From Elusimicrobiota bacterium (lineage in GTDB: Bacteria > Elusimicrobiota > Elusimicrobia > F11): a DNA stretch of 64,000 nt. Each line of letters starts with the position of its first letter. The stretch's first letter is position 1. Shown here in pieces: positions 48,559-58,417 of this stretch. A program made the translations under genes and the position numbers. The stretch lies in contig JBGAON010000004.1 of NCBI GenBank assembly GCA_044221725.1, forward strand, positions 256,001 through 320,000. The letters are read 5' to 3'. Under the pieces are notes generated by a model, which did no database searches, was not told where the DNA came from, and saw only the letters and a program-made list of their open reading frames with translations.

Positions 48559-48774
48559 ATGATCAGTGTAATTGATATCAATCCAGAAATTATGGGAGGA
48601 ACCCCTGTATTTAAAGGAACGCGGGTTCCAATTCAGAACCTTTTTGATTACATTGAAGGCGACGAATCGCTTGAAGAATTTTTGGATGATTTTCCGTCCG
48701 TTTCGAGACATCAAGTGATCCAGTTGCTGGAAGAAATTAAAGCCCAAGTTATTAACCCCCCGAAAGCTGCGTGA
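48559..48774 (+). CDS. DUF433-family antitoxin
   Basis: PEIMGGTPVFKGTRVP....G.S.EEFL.DFP. Confidence 0.92.
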   Translation: MISVIDINPEIMGGTPVFKGTRVPIQNLFDYIEGDESLEEFLDDFPSVSRHQVIQLLEEIKAQVINPPKAA

Positions 48775-49091
48775 AAGTCCTTTTGGATGAGTGTGTCCCG
48801 AGAAAATTCGGGTCACTTTTGTCTGGGCACGCAGTAAAAACTGTCGTCCAGGCCGGATGGAAAGGAATCACGAATGGTGAACTTCTCAAAACTGCATCCG
48901 CTGGTTTCGATGTTTTCATAAGCGTCGACAGAAATCTTTCCTTCCAACAAAATGTTAAAGCTCTCCCGATTCCCGTGATCGTTATTCACTCGCTTTCAAC
49001 CAAGCTAAAAGATCTTGAGAAATTTGCCCCCGGTGTTCTTGAAATCATTCAAAACCCTCTTTCCAAGAACTTTTACCACGTGGGCGTATAA
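48771..49091 (+). CDS. DUF5615 PIN-like toxin (VapC45-like)
   Basis: MKVLLDECVP, GW.G..NGELL, FISVD; GTGA overlap with the DUF433 gene. Confidence 0.9.
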   Translation: MKVLLDECVPRKFGSLLSGHAVKTVVQAGWKGITNGELLKTASAGFDVFISVDRNLSFQQNVKALPIPVIVIHSLSTKLKDLEKFAPGVLEIIQNPLSKNFYHVGV

Positions 49092-49100
49092 GGTTCTTCA

Positions 49101-49994
49101 ATGGCATCAAAAAGTAAACAGACAAGTCGAAAATCTTTCGCGTCCGTGCGTGTCGCCGTTATTGGCGGCAGCGGCGTTTATGAAATTGAAGGTATGAAAG
49201 TGTTGCGCCGGTTTTTTCCTTCCACGCCGTTTGGCAAACCCTCGGATCCTATTACGATTGGTTCGTACGAAGGTGTTCCGTGTGCGTTTCTTCCGCGGCA
49301 CGGCAAAGGGCATCGGCATTTGCCATCGGAGATTCCGCAGCGTGCGAATTTTTATGCATTGAAAACGCTGGGAGTTGAACATGTGATCGCGATTTCCGCT
49401 TGCGGATCGCTTAAGCAAGAGTTGGCCCCGCGACAATTTGTGATTCCAGATCAGATCATTGATCGCACGAAAGGACGCCCGTCCACTTTTTTTGGCGATG
49501 GGATTGTTGCGCACGTTTCGTTTGCGAATCCGTTTTCGAAAACGTTATCGAGAGCGTTGGCCGAGTCGGTCCAAGCCTTGGGTCTGCCGGTTCAGACGAC
49601 AGGAACTTATCTCTGCATGGAAGGACCGGCGTTCTCCACGCAGGCCGAATCCTTTTTGCACCGTGACATGGGTTGCGACGTGATCGGTATGACCGCTGTG
49701 CCGGAAGCGAAGTTCGCGCGCGAAGCGGAAATGAGTTACGCGCTCTTGGCGATGGTGACCGATTACGATTGCTGGAAAGACGACGAGCACGTCACCATCG
49801 AAATGATCATCGGCCATTTGATGGCGAACGCCGACAACGCGAAGAAAATCATTGCGCATCTGTTGCCGCGATTGAAGGACGTGCCCAACGACGCCGCAAA
49901 CGCGCTCAAGCACGCAATTTTTACAAATCCCAGTTACATAACACCTGCCGCAAAAAAGCGGTTGGCACCAATCATTCGAAAGTATGTCCAATAA
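49101..49994 (+). CDS. mtnP: S-methyl-5'-thioadenosine phosphorylase
   Basis: IGGSG, TPFG.PS, RHG, EGPAFST.AES, GMT..PE, TDYDCW. Confidence 0.95.
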   Translation: MASKSKQTSRKSFASVRVAVIGGSGVYEIEGMKVLRRFFPSTPFGKPSDPITIGSYEGVPCAFLPRHGKGHRHLPSEIPQRANFYALKTLGVEHVIAISACGSLKQELAPRQFVIPDQIIDRTKGRPSTFFGDGIVAHVSFANPFSKTLSRALAESVQALGLPVQTTGTYLCMEGPAFSTQAESFLHRDMGCDVIGMTAVPEAKFAREAEMSYALLAMVTDYDCWKDDEHVTIEMIIGHLMANADNAKKIIAHLLPRLKDVPNDAANALKHAIFTNPSYITPAAKKRLAPIIRKYVQ

Positions 49995-50000
49995 CGCCCT

Positions 50001-50687
50001 ATGATCAAAGCCGTCATCTTCGATCTCGACAACACGCTCGTCGACTTCATGCGCGTGAAGCGAGCCGCGGTGGCCGGCGCGGTGGACGCCATGATCGACG
50101 CGGGACTTAAAACCAGCAAAGAAGAAGCCATCAAGCGCGTTTTCAACATGTACGACCGCGAAGGGATTGAAGACCAGCGCGTGTTCGACAAAATGCTCGT
50201 CGAAGCTTATGGTGAAATTGACCACCGTATTCTCGCGGCCGGTATCGTGGGCTACCGCCGAGCGAAAGAAGGGAATTTGATTCTCTATCCGCACGTGCGA
50301 CAGACGGTTCGGCAATTGTTGCGGCTGGGGCTCAAGCTCGCGCTCGTGTCGGATGCGCCGCGCATGTCGGCGTGGACGCGGCTCATCTCGCTCGGCCTTG
50401 ATTCCTTTTTTGACACGGTTGTGGCCAACGAAGACACCGGAAAAAAGAAACCGGATCCCGCTCCGTTTCTGCTCGCGCTGAGTCGACTCGAAGTGAAACC
50501 AGAAGAGGCCATCATGATTGGCGACTGGGCCGAACGCGATATGGTGGGCGCGAAAGCCCTCGGCATGCGCACCGCGTTCGCGCGCTACGGAGACGACTTC
50601 AACACAAAAGAACACGGCGCCGATTATGAACTAAGTGACATCCACGAAATCGTTGGTATTATTGAGAAAATTAACGGAGCCAACTAA
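50001..50687 (+). CDS. HAD-superfamily hydrolase (subfamily IA)
   Basis: FDLDNTL, KPDP, MIGD. Confidence 0.92.
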   Translation: MIKAVIFDLDNTLVDFMRVKRAAVAGAVDAMIDAGLKTSKEEAIKRVFNMYDREGIEDQRVFDKMLVEAYGEIDHRILAAGIVGYRRAKEGNLILYPHVRQTVRQLLRLGLKLALVSDAPRMSAWTRLISLGLDSFFDTVVANEDTGKKKPDPAPFLLALSRLEVKPEEAIMIGDWAERDMVGAKALGMRTAFARYGDDFNTKEHGADYELSDIHEIVGIIEKINGAN

Positions 50688-50693
50688 CTCACC

Positions 50694-51506
50694 ATGTCCG
50701 ATTTCTTCCAAATTTTCTTCAACGTCGCTGTGCCGGTATTGGCCGGTCTTGTTTATTTCATGCTCGCGCGTTATGTGAAACACATCGGTCCCATGCGCAC
50801 GCTTGTCACCGGCAAGCTCACGTACGACGGCGCTTACTGGGGATTTTTGATTCTTGGCGCCTATTTGGCCACGCGCCCGTTCCAAATTTTGTTGGGGCCG
50901 CATCCGGCTCCGCTCATCGTGAATTCGATTCGCGAGTTTGTGATGATGGGATTCTTTGGTCCCGCGGTCACCGTCGCGATGTTAAGCCTCGTTCTCGGCA
51001 GCGCGAACGTGCCGAAGATTCTTGTGCGCGTGTTGTTCGGCACGGGCCTCGTGTTAGCGACGTTGTTCGTGCTGATTAATCGCAAAGCGATCGGCGGAAG
51101 CGAAGTTATTTTTGTGATCGGAAACGTTCAGGTGCATGACGGCGTGTGGTTTCACAATCAAGGAAGCGAAACGTCAAACCTCATGGCGCTGCTTTTCTTG
51201 TTGCGACTGCTCGATCCGGTGATGCTTGTTTTTGGTGCGGGCGTTCTCGTGTTGTGGCACGGGTACAACTACCCGATCGAAAAGAAAATGCTCTACAGCA
51301 ACATGCCGAGAAAACTTTATTACATGGGCGCCGCATGCATTGCGTTCTCGTTGTCGATGTTGTCCGTTGGACTTCTGTATTTGTTCGCTCACATTCCGAA
51401 TCAGTGGTGGATTTATTACATCGGCGCTTTGGCCGCCGGGCTTCTCGAGACGAAATCGTTGTCGTTGCCGCTTCGTCGCGCGGTCCAAATCACCGAGCAT
51501 GCTTAA
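50694..51506 (+). CDS. Hypothetical polytopic membrane protein (~7 TM)
   Basis: About seven hydrophobic segments; lies in an operon and overlaps the hemB start. Confidence 0.8.
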   Translation: MSDFFQIFFNVAVPVLAGLVYFMLARYVKHIGPMRTLVTGKLTYDGAYWGFLILGAYLATRPFQILLGPHPAPLIVNSIREFVMMGFFGPAVTVAMLSLVLGSANVPKILVRVLFGTGLVLATLFVLINRKAIGGSEVIFVIGNVQVHDGVWFHNQGSETSNLMALLFLLRLLDPVMLVFGAGVLVLWHGYNYPIEKKMLYSNMPRKLYYMGAACIAFSLSMLSVGLLYLFAHIPNQWWIYYIGALAAGLLETKSLSLPLRRAVQITEHA

Positions 51507-52503
51507 GAATCGCCCGCGGCGCCTGCGCGCTACCTCTGCCATCCGCAGTCTTGTGCGAGAAACACACCTTTCGGCGTCCAATCTCATCGCGCCTTATTTT
51601 GTCGCTGAAGGGAAACGCGTGCGCCGTCCCATTGCGTCGATGCCGGGACAATTTCAGCTTTCGATTGATGAATTGGTGAAAGAAGTGGCGCGGCTTGAGC
51701 CGCTCGGAATTTTGTCGGTGCTGTTGTTCGGTTTGCCGCGGAAAAAAGACGACATCGGTTCCGAAGCGTGGGCCGATGATGGCATCATTCAACGGGCCGT
51801 TCGAACGTTGCGCGCAAAATGTCCCGAAGTTGTCGTGATGACCGATTTGTGTTTTTGCGAATACACCACGCACGGACATTGCGGTGTCATCAAGAAGAAA
51901 ACAAACCGTTCTTCCAGTGAATGGGAATTGGATAACGATGCGACGCTCGTGCAAATTCAGAAGTCCGCCATCGCACAAGCGCGCGCCGGCGCCGACTTTG
52001 TGGCGCCGTCGGGCATGATCGATGGTTGCGTGCACGCGATCCGCACCGCTCTCGACGAAAATGGTTTTAAAGACACGGGCATTCTTGCTTACTCGGCCAA
52101 ATACGCGAGCGTGTTTTATGGCCCGTTTCGTGACGCGGCCGCGTCGACGCCGCAGTTTGGCGACCGGCGTTCGTATCAAATGGACCCGGCGAACGCGCGT
52201 GAGGCTATTCGCGAAATTCGCTCGGACATCAGCGAGGGCGCGGACATGGTAATGGTGAAACCGGCGCTGTCGTATTTGGACGTCATTCACGCGATCAAAC
52301 CCGAAATCAAAATTCCGCTCGTCGCCTACAACGTGTCCGGCGAATACGCGATGGTGAAAGCGGCCGAGAAAATGAATTGGCTAAGCGGCGCCGACAAAAG
52401 CCGCACCGCTCTCGAAATTTTGACCTCGATCAAACGCGCGGGTGCCGATCTCATCATCACCTACCACGCGGTCGACGTCGCGAAGCAACTCCTAAAAAAA
52501 TGA
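51499..52503 (+). CDS. hemB: Porphobilinogen synthase
   Basis: RPRRLR, DLCFCEYTTHGHC, YGPFRDA, MVKP; start at ATG 51499. Confidence 0.97.
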   Translation: MLKNRPRRLRATSAIRSLVRETHLSASNLIAPYFVAEGKRVRRPIASMPGQFQLSIDELVKEVARLEPLGILSVLLFGLPRKKDDIGSEAWADDGIIQRAVRTLRAKCPEVVVMTDLCFCEYTTHGHCGVIKKKTNRSSSEWELDNDATLVQIQKSAIAQARAGADFVAPSGMIDGCVHAIRTALDENGFKDTGILAYSAKYASVFYGPFRDAAASTPQFGDRRSYQMDPANAREAIREIRSDISEGADMVMVKPALSYLDVIHAIKPEIKIPLVAYNVSGEYAMVKAAEKMNWLSGADKSRTALEILTSIKRAGADLIITYHAVDVAKQLLKK

Positions 52504-53261
52504 AGCTGTCTTCGACAGCCCTGGCGATTTTTTTGGGTCTCACCGGATGTGCAATTAAGAAACTCTCTCCGAATCCCGGCAATCCGAAATGGGGTCTCGA
52601 CGTAATGTGGCACGGGCACTCGTGCTTCACGTTGAAAGACAGCGTCGATCGGATGGTTGTTGTGGATCCTTTTGATGAAACCGTGGGTTACGGCCGGCTG
52701 GATTTGTTGGCCGACGCGCTGCTCATCACGCACAATCATTTTGATCATAATTATCGCCGCGCTGTCCGGTCGCATTATCACGAACTGAACGTCGTTGATA
52801 GCACGGGCACCTACACCGTGGCCGAAGGCATGCAAGTCACCGGGCTTCCCTCGGCGCACGACAAAGAGAACGGTCAGATAAACGGTCCCAACATTATTTA
52901 TATTTTCGTCGAAGGCGGGTTGCGCTGCGTGCACATGGGTGATGTCGGTGTATCGACGCTCACGGATTTCCAATGGAAAATGATTGGGAAAGTGGACGTT
53001 CTTCTTATCCCCGTGGGCGGACAGACGACCATCGATGCGGTGGAAGCAAAGAAAGTGGTGGATGCGCTAAAGCCTTCGGCCGTTTTTCCGATGCATTATG
53101 GAAACATCCGATTCTTCCCACTCGATGCGGTCGAAAAATTTACAGCGCTTTTTCCGCCCGACCAAGTTAGAATCCTTTCCGATTCCCATGTTCGCCTTCG
53201 GGAAGCCGACTTAACGGACAAGCCGGTTGTTTATATTCTCAGTCCAACTTCAAAAAATTAA
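52500..53261 (+). CDS. MBL-fold metallo-hydrolase (possible lipoprotein)
   Basis: WHGHSCF, THNHFDH, HMGD, PMHY; lipobox-like LTGC. Confidence 0.9.
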   Translation: MKLSSTALAIFLGLTGCAIKKLSPNPGNPKWGLDVMWHGHSCFTLKDSVDRMVVVDPFDETVGYGRLDLLADALLITHNHFDHNYRRAVRSHYHELNVVDSTGTYTVAEGMQVTGLPSAHDKENGQINGPNIIYIFVEGGLRCVHMGDVGVSTLTDFQWKMIGKVDVLLIPVGGQTTIDAVEAKKVVDALKPSAVFPMHYGNIRFFPLDAVEKFTALFPPDQVRILSDSHVRLREADLTDKPVVYILSPTSKN

Positions 53262-53271
53262 AGGATTTCCT

Positions 53272-55236
53272 ATGAACTGTCGTTCCGCTGTTGCTGGTCT
53301 CACGTTGTTGCTGCTGTTTCAAACCGGTTTCGCCGAAAATCGACCCACCACCCGCGCCGAGGCCGTGCCGTCCGATGACAAGCTAACGTTGGCATTTCCT
53401 GGCCTCAAGGGTCCGATCCCTTACGAAAAATTTGGAACGTTCCAAGGTCTTGGAACCGAGAGCTATCGCTACGTGATCTCCGATAAAAAAGGTCTTTCGG
53501 CCGCCGCTGGTGAAGGAATTTTTCCGTACGAAGGAATAAATCGCGATCCGGCGTTTAAAGAACTTCAGAAACAGAAGGCTCTCGTGGGTTCGCACTGGAA
53601 GTTTGTGGACACGAACACGGCCGCCAAAAACTTTTATCGGTGGGCCAGCACGAACGAAGATCCCGGCGTGAAGCAATTTTATACGGCGATTATGTTGGAG
53701 CGCGCCGGGTTTTTGGAAACAGCGATCAAAGCGTTCTATGCGGTGGCCGTTCACTTTCCGAAGACTGTTTCTTACACCTATTACGACACACCGTGGTACG
53801 TCGCGCCTTCGTCGTTGGACCGCATTGAACAACTGCTACGCCGTCACCCGGAAATCAATATGCATCTGCAAGGCGCGCGCATCAAAATCGAAGGACGCTT
53901 CGATGCCGACACGAAGAACGATGTTTACTCCATTAATCCCGGGAAACTCATCGGCGGGCGCGGAAAAAAGGAAAAGGCCGTCAATTTCGCAAAGATGGCC
54001 GTCACAAAAACAATCGGCGGCCCGAAAGTCCAGTTGAAGCAATACAAGAACCGTCATTGGCAATTGCTGGTCGACGGAAAACCATTTCCGATTCGCGCGG
54101 TTACCTATTCGGTGACGCCGGTGGGCCGCAGCCCCGACCGCGCCAATTGGGACGTGTCGAAAGATTGGCAGTGGGTCGACACAAACAACAATCACGTTCA
54201 CGATGGTTTCTATGAGAGCTACGTCGACAAAAATCACAACAACAAACGCGACGAGGACGAACCGGTGGTGGGAGATGCGCAGCTTCTAAAAGATTTGGGA
54301 GTGAACACGCTGCGCGCTTACCATCATCTCTACGATAAAGAATTTTTCCGAACACTTCACGATAAGTACGGTTTTTATTTCCTGTGCGGTGATTTGCTGG
54401 GCGGCTACGCGGTTGGCAGCGGCGCGACCTGGCAAGAGGGAACCGATTACGCGAACAAAAACCAGCAAGACATGATGTTGGCCGGCGTGCAACGGATGGT
54501 CGAAGAGTACAAGGACGAGCCGTACATCCTCATGTGGGTTCTCGGCAACGAAAACGTTTATGGGGTGGCGAACAGCGCCGGCCGTGATCCGGAAAATTTC
54601 TATAAGCTGGTGAATCGCGCGGCCGAACTCATTCACAAGTTGGATCCGTCGCGTCCGGTGGCGATTGCGAACGGCGATTTGTTGCATTTGGACCTAATCC
54701 AAAAATATTGCCCGGCGATTGATGTGATGGGAGCAAACGCCTATCGCGGCGAACAAGGTTTCGGTAAGCACATGTTCCTGGATGTTCAGGATTATTTGGA
54801 TCGGCCGCTTCTCATCACCGAGTACGGCGTGTCCGCTTACGCCGAAGGTTACACGCAAGACCAGGCGGATGCCTATCAGGCCATGTACGTCGCCAACAAT
54901 TATGAAGATATGGAAGCGAACATGGCCGGCCACGGTGTCGGTAACGCGCTGGGCGGTGTGCTCTTCGAATACATGGACGAGTGGTGGAAAGCCAATTCCG
55001 ATTTGCCCGAGAAGGTTCAGAAAGCGCGCGCGGAATGGTACGCGACGAAATCCGCGATCTACAAAAGCTTGCAACCCGAGAATCACGACATTGTGCCGCA
55101 ATTTGGTTTCCCGTTCCTCGACGGGTGGAGTTACGAAGAGTGGTATGGTCTCGTCGCCCAGGGTGACGGCAAGCAGAGTCCGTTTTGTCGTCAGTTGCGA
55201 CCCGCCTACGAAACAATGAAGAAACTCTGGAGATGA
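53272..55236 (+). CDS. Secreted clan GH-A glycoside hydrolase (GH2-like TIM barrel)
   Basis: GVNTLRAY, WVLGNE (acid/base), ITEYG (nucleophile), FEYMDEWWK; signal peptide. Confidence 0.85.
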   Translation: MNCRSAVAGLTLLLLFQTGFAENRPTTRAEAVPSDDKLTLAFPGLKGPIPYEKFGTFQGLGTESYRYVISDKKGLSAAAGEGIFPYEGINRDPAFKELQKQKALVGSHWKFVDTNTAAKNFYRWASTNEDPGVKQFYTAIMLERAGFLETAIKAFYAVAVHFPKTVSYTYYDTPWYVAPSSLDRIEQLLRRHPEINMHLQGARIKIEGRFDADTKNDVYSINPGKLIGGRGKKEKAVNFAKMAVTKTIGGPKVQLKQYKNRHWQLLVDGKPFPIRAVTYSVTPVGRSPDRANWDVSKDWQWVDTNNNHVHDGFYESYVDKNHNNKRDEDEPVVGDAQLLKDLGVNTLRAYHHLYDKEFFRTLHDKYGFYFLCGDLLGGYAVGSGATWQEGTDYANKNQQDMMLAGVQRMVEEYKDEPYILMWVLGNENVYGVANSAGRDPENFYKLVNRAAELIHKLDPSRPVAIANGDLLHLDLIQKYCPAIDVMGANAYRGEQGFGKHMFLDVQDYLDRPLLITEYGVSAYAEGYTQDQADAYQAMYVANNYEDMEANMAGHGVGNALGGVLFEYMDEWWKANSDLPEKVQKARAEWYATKSAIYKSLQPENHDIVPQFGFPFLDGWSYEEWYGLVAQGDGKQSPFCRQLRPAYETMKKLWR

Positions 55237-55736
55237 AGCGATTTTTATTCCTTCTGTTGTTGGGTGCGTCCGGAGCCTATTTGTTCCGCACCTACGCGTA
55301 CGAAGGGATTTACGTGGCATCCGAATCGATGGAGCCAACGTTGCCGAAAGACGTTCACGTGATGGTGAACAAATTCTCATTGCTGTTAAAGCCCCCGCGG
55401 CGCGGAGAGATCGTGATGTTCGAGTCGCCGATCGACGCGAAGAAGGGGCTTGTGAAACGCGTGATTGCCACGGCCGGAGACACCATCGAAATTCGTGAAA
55501 AAAAAGTCTATTTGAACGGCCGGAAACTGGATGAGCCTTACGTTCAATTTTTAAATCCCGATACCATCTATATGGGTGATAACGTTCCTCCGCTTGTCGT
55601 TCCCGAAGGTCATCTGTTTGTAATGGGAGACAACCGCGACGTTTCGGGCGACTCCCGTGATTGGAAAAATCCGGACGGAACCCCGGCGCCATTTCTCCCC
55701 ACGTCCAAAATCCAAGGCATCGTGCGGTGGCAGTGA
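55233..55736 (+). CDS. lepB: Signal peptidase I
   Basis: SESMEPTL, VKRVI, GDNR..S.DSR. Confidence 0.94.
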   Translation: MKRFLFLLLLGASGAYLFRTYAYEGIYVASESMEPTLPKDVHVMVNKFSLLLKPPRRGEIVMFESPIDAKKGLVKRVIATAGDTIEIREKKVYLNGRKLDEPYVQFLNPDTIYMGDNVPPLVVPEGHLFVMGDNRDVSGDSRDWKNPDGTPAPFLPTSKIQGIVRWQ

Positions 55737-56581
55737 TCAACGATCTCAAAGCCCGGCTTAAAAAAGGGCCCATCATTCGCAGCATCGGCTGCCATGACGC
55801 GTTTACGGCACTCATCGCCGAGCGTGCAGGTTTTGAAGTGTTGTTCGTGGGTGGGTTCGGTGCGACCGCGAGTTTGCTCGGGCTTCCGGACTTGGGAATT
55901 ATCACGTTGAATGAAATGGCGGGTGTTGTCCGCCGCATTTGCGCGCGCGTATCGGTGCCGGTGATCGCTGATGGCGATACGGGTTTTGGCGGTGTTCACA
56001 ACGTGCAACGCACCGTGGAAGAATTTGAAGCGGCCGGCGCGGCCGGCGTTATTCTCGAAGATCAAGTGTCGCCCAAGCGATGCGGGCACTTCGACGGGAA
56101 AAACGTCATTCCGGTGGCCGATATGGTGGTAAAACTAACGGCCGCGTTGAAAGCGCGGAAGAATCCTCGTTTTCTCGTTGTTGCTCGAACCGATGCTCGC
56201 GATGTCACCGGAATTGCGGATGCAATTCGCCGCGCGAACCGGTACCACGAAGCGGGCGCTGATATGGTTTTTATTGAATCGCCGGGCTCGGTGCAGGAGT
56301 TAAAATTAATACCGAAAAAAGTGAAAGCGCCTCTTCTCGCGAATATGTTGACCGGAGGAAAAACACCGAACATTCCGGTCGCGGAACTTGACGAGCTTGG
56401 CTACGCGATGGTGGTCTACCCGATTGAAAGTTTGCTAGCGACGGCGACGGCCATGAAACGGCTCAGCCAGTCCATCTTGCGCGACGGCTCCGTTGACCGT
56501 GTGAGAAACGACATGATCCCGTTTGGAGACGTGAAAGAGTTGCTTGGAATAAGGAGGCCCGCGCATGGGCGTCGCAGATAA
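55733..56581 (+). CDS. Isocitrate lyase/PEP mutase family protein (PrpB-like)
   Basis: DGDTGFG, EDQ..PKRCGH, ARTDAR; start placed at GTG 55733. Confidence 0.92.
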   Translation: MINDLKARLKKGPIIRSIGCHDAFTALIAERAGFEVLFVGGFGATASLLGLPDLGIITLNEMAGVVRRICARVSVPVIADGDTGFGGVHNVQRTVEEFEAAGAAGVILEDQVSPKRCGHFDGKNVIPVADMVVKLTAALKARKNPRFLVVARTDARDVTGIADAIRRANRYHEAGADMVFIESPGSVQELKLIPKKVKAPLLANMLTGGKTPNIPVAELDELGYAMVVYPIESLLATATAMKRLSQSILRDGSVDRVRNDMIPFGDVKELLGIRRPAHGRRR

Positions 56582-57119
56582 AATTCTTATGAAAAACGGT
56601 ACCACCGCTCCGGCATTTTCGAACTTGCCTGGAGTGGATGGCAAAAAATACAGCTTGGCCGATTTCGCGGCCAGCAAAGCGCTCGTTGTGGTGTTCAGTT
56701 GCAATCATTGCCCGTACGTGCAAGCGTACGAAGATCGGATGATCAAGCTGCAGAGTGACTTTAAAAAAGACGGCGTGCAGGTCGTGGCGATCAATTCGAA
56801 CGACGCTGCGAACTATCCGGACGATAACTTCGAGAACATGAAGAAGCGGGCGGCCGATAAAGGGTTCAATTTTCCGTACCTTCGAGACGAAGATCAATCG
56901 GTCGCAAAAACGTACGGTGCCACGCACACGCCGCATCTGTTTGTTTTTGACGCAAACCGAAAATTGGCTTACACCGGCAAAATCGACGACAATTGGCAGG
57001 ACGCGTCGAAGGTGCAGCGACAATATTTGCGCGAGGCATTAACGGCGCTCGTGCAAGGAAAAAAGCCAGCCGAACCCGAAACCTTCGCTATCGGATGCAC
57101 GATCAAATGGAGGTCGTAG
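56565..57119 (+). CDS. Thioredoxin-like redoxin family protein
   Basis: CNHCPYV, INSND, FPYL.D, TP, GCTIKW. Confidence 0.92.
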   Translation: MGVADKILMKNGTTAPAFSNLPGVDGKKYSLADFAASKALVVVFSCNHCPYVQAYEDRMIKLQSDFKKDGVQVVAINSNDAANYPDDNFENMKKRAADKGFNFPYLRDEDQSVAKTYGATHTPHLFVFDANRKLAYTGKIDDNWQDASKVQRQYLREALTALVQGKKPAEPETFAIGCTIKWRS

Positions 57120-58417
57120 AGACATTGTCGACCAAAGAATCCGAAAGGCTTTTTAAACAGGCGCAACAGCATTTGGTGGGCGGAGTAAATTCGCCGGTGC
57201 GCGCGTTTCGTGCCGTCGGTGGCACGCCGCGTTTCATAGCGAAGGCGAAGGGCGCTCGAATACAGGATGTGGACGGCAACCGTTACATCGATTTTATCGG
57301 TTCGTGGGGTCCGATGATACTCGGACACAACGCCGATGTTGTCGTTAAAGCCGTTAAAGCCCAATTGGAAAACGGTACGTCGTTCGGCGCGCCGTGCGCG
57401 CTCGAGGCCGAGCTAGCAGAGATGGCCAAAGAAGCGTTCCCGTCGATCGAGCTTCTGCGGTTCACAAGTTCGGGCACCGAAGCCACCATGTCGGCGCTGC
57501 GATTGGCGCGCGCGGTGACGAAACGCGCGCGCATTTTGAAATTTGAAGGCGGGTATCACGGGCACGTAGACGAATTGCTTGTTTCCGCGGGATCGGGCGC
57601 GACGACATTCGGAGTGCCCTCAAGCGCTGGTGTTCCGGAGTCCGTTGCGAAGAACACGTGGGTGCTTCCCTATAATGATGTCGAACAGATCGAAGATCTT
57701 TTTGCGCGCCAGGGTCCGAACATCGCCGCGGTCATATTGGAACCCGTTTGCGGAAATATGGGCGTCGTATCTCCATCCAAAGAGTTTTTGCACGCGGTGA
57801 CGGCGCTCACGCGGCGACACGGAGCGCTGCTCATTTTTGACGAAGTCATGACCGGTTTTCGCCTCGGCTGGGGAGGTGCTCAAGGGCTCTTTAAAATCAA
57901 GCCGGATCTCACGTGTCTCGGCAAAATCATTGGTGGAGGCTTTCCGGTCGGTGCGTTTGGAGGCCGAAAAGATTTAATGGAACAGATCGCTCCACTCGGA
58001 CCCGTTTATCAAGCGGGCACGTTGTCCGGGAACCCGATGGCCATGGCGGCCGGATTGGCCACGCTGAAAGCACTCAAGAAAAAGCCGCCCTACGAAGCGC
58101 TAGAAAAAACCACCGCGGACTTGGCCTCGTTTCTTCGGGCCGAAGCAAAAAAGAAAAAGGTGCCGGTGCAGGTGAATCAGGTGGGATCCATGTTCACGGT
58201 GTTTTTCAATCCGGGCCCGGTGACGTCGTATCTTTCGGCGACGGATTCGGACACGAAAAAATTTGCGGTCTTCTTTCAATCGTTGCTGAAGAACGGAGTC
58301 TCTATGCCGCCTTCGCAATATGAAGCCGCGTTCGTTTCCACCGAACACTCCGCAGAAATTGTAAACGAGGCCAAAGCCGCTTTCTCAAAAGCGTTCGCGG
58401 AGGTTGCAAAGGCATGA
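57107..58417 (+). CDS. hemL: Glutamate-1-semialdehyde 2,1-aminomutase
   Basis: GGVNSPVRAF, SGTEATM, DEVMTGFR, GKIIGGG, AGTLSGNP. Confidence 0.98.
   Translation: MEVVETLSTKESERLFKQAQQHLVGGVNSPVRAFRAVGGTPRFIAKAKGARIQDVDGNRYIDFIGSWGPMILGHNADVVVKAVKAQLENGTSFGAPCALEAELAEMAKEAFPSIELLRFTSSGTEATMSALRLARAVTKRARILKFEGGYHGHVDELLVSAGSGATTFGVPSSAGVPESVAKNTWVLPYNDVEQIEDLFARQGPNIAAVILEPVCGNMGVVSPSKEFLHAVTALTRRHGALLIFDEVMTGFRLGWGGAQGLFKIKPDLTCLGKIIGGGFPVGAFGGRKDLMEQIAPLGPVYQAGTLSGNPMAMAAGLATLKALKKKPPYEALEKTTADLASFLRAEAKKKKVPVQVNQVGSMFTVFFNPGPVTSYLSATDSDTKKFAVFFQSLLKNGVSMPPSQYEAAFVSTEHSAEIVNEAKAAFSKAFAEVAKA

Noticed and set aside
51226..51498. N-terminal extensions in the ORF track for hemB (also hemL, the MFS, MBL, CvpA and PrpB-like genes)
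   Set aside because: The extensions overlap upstream genes; downstream starts coupled to stops or promoters fit the family N-termini better.
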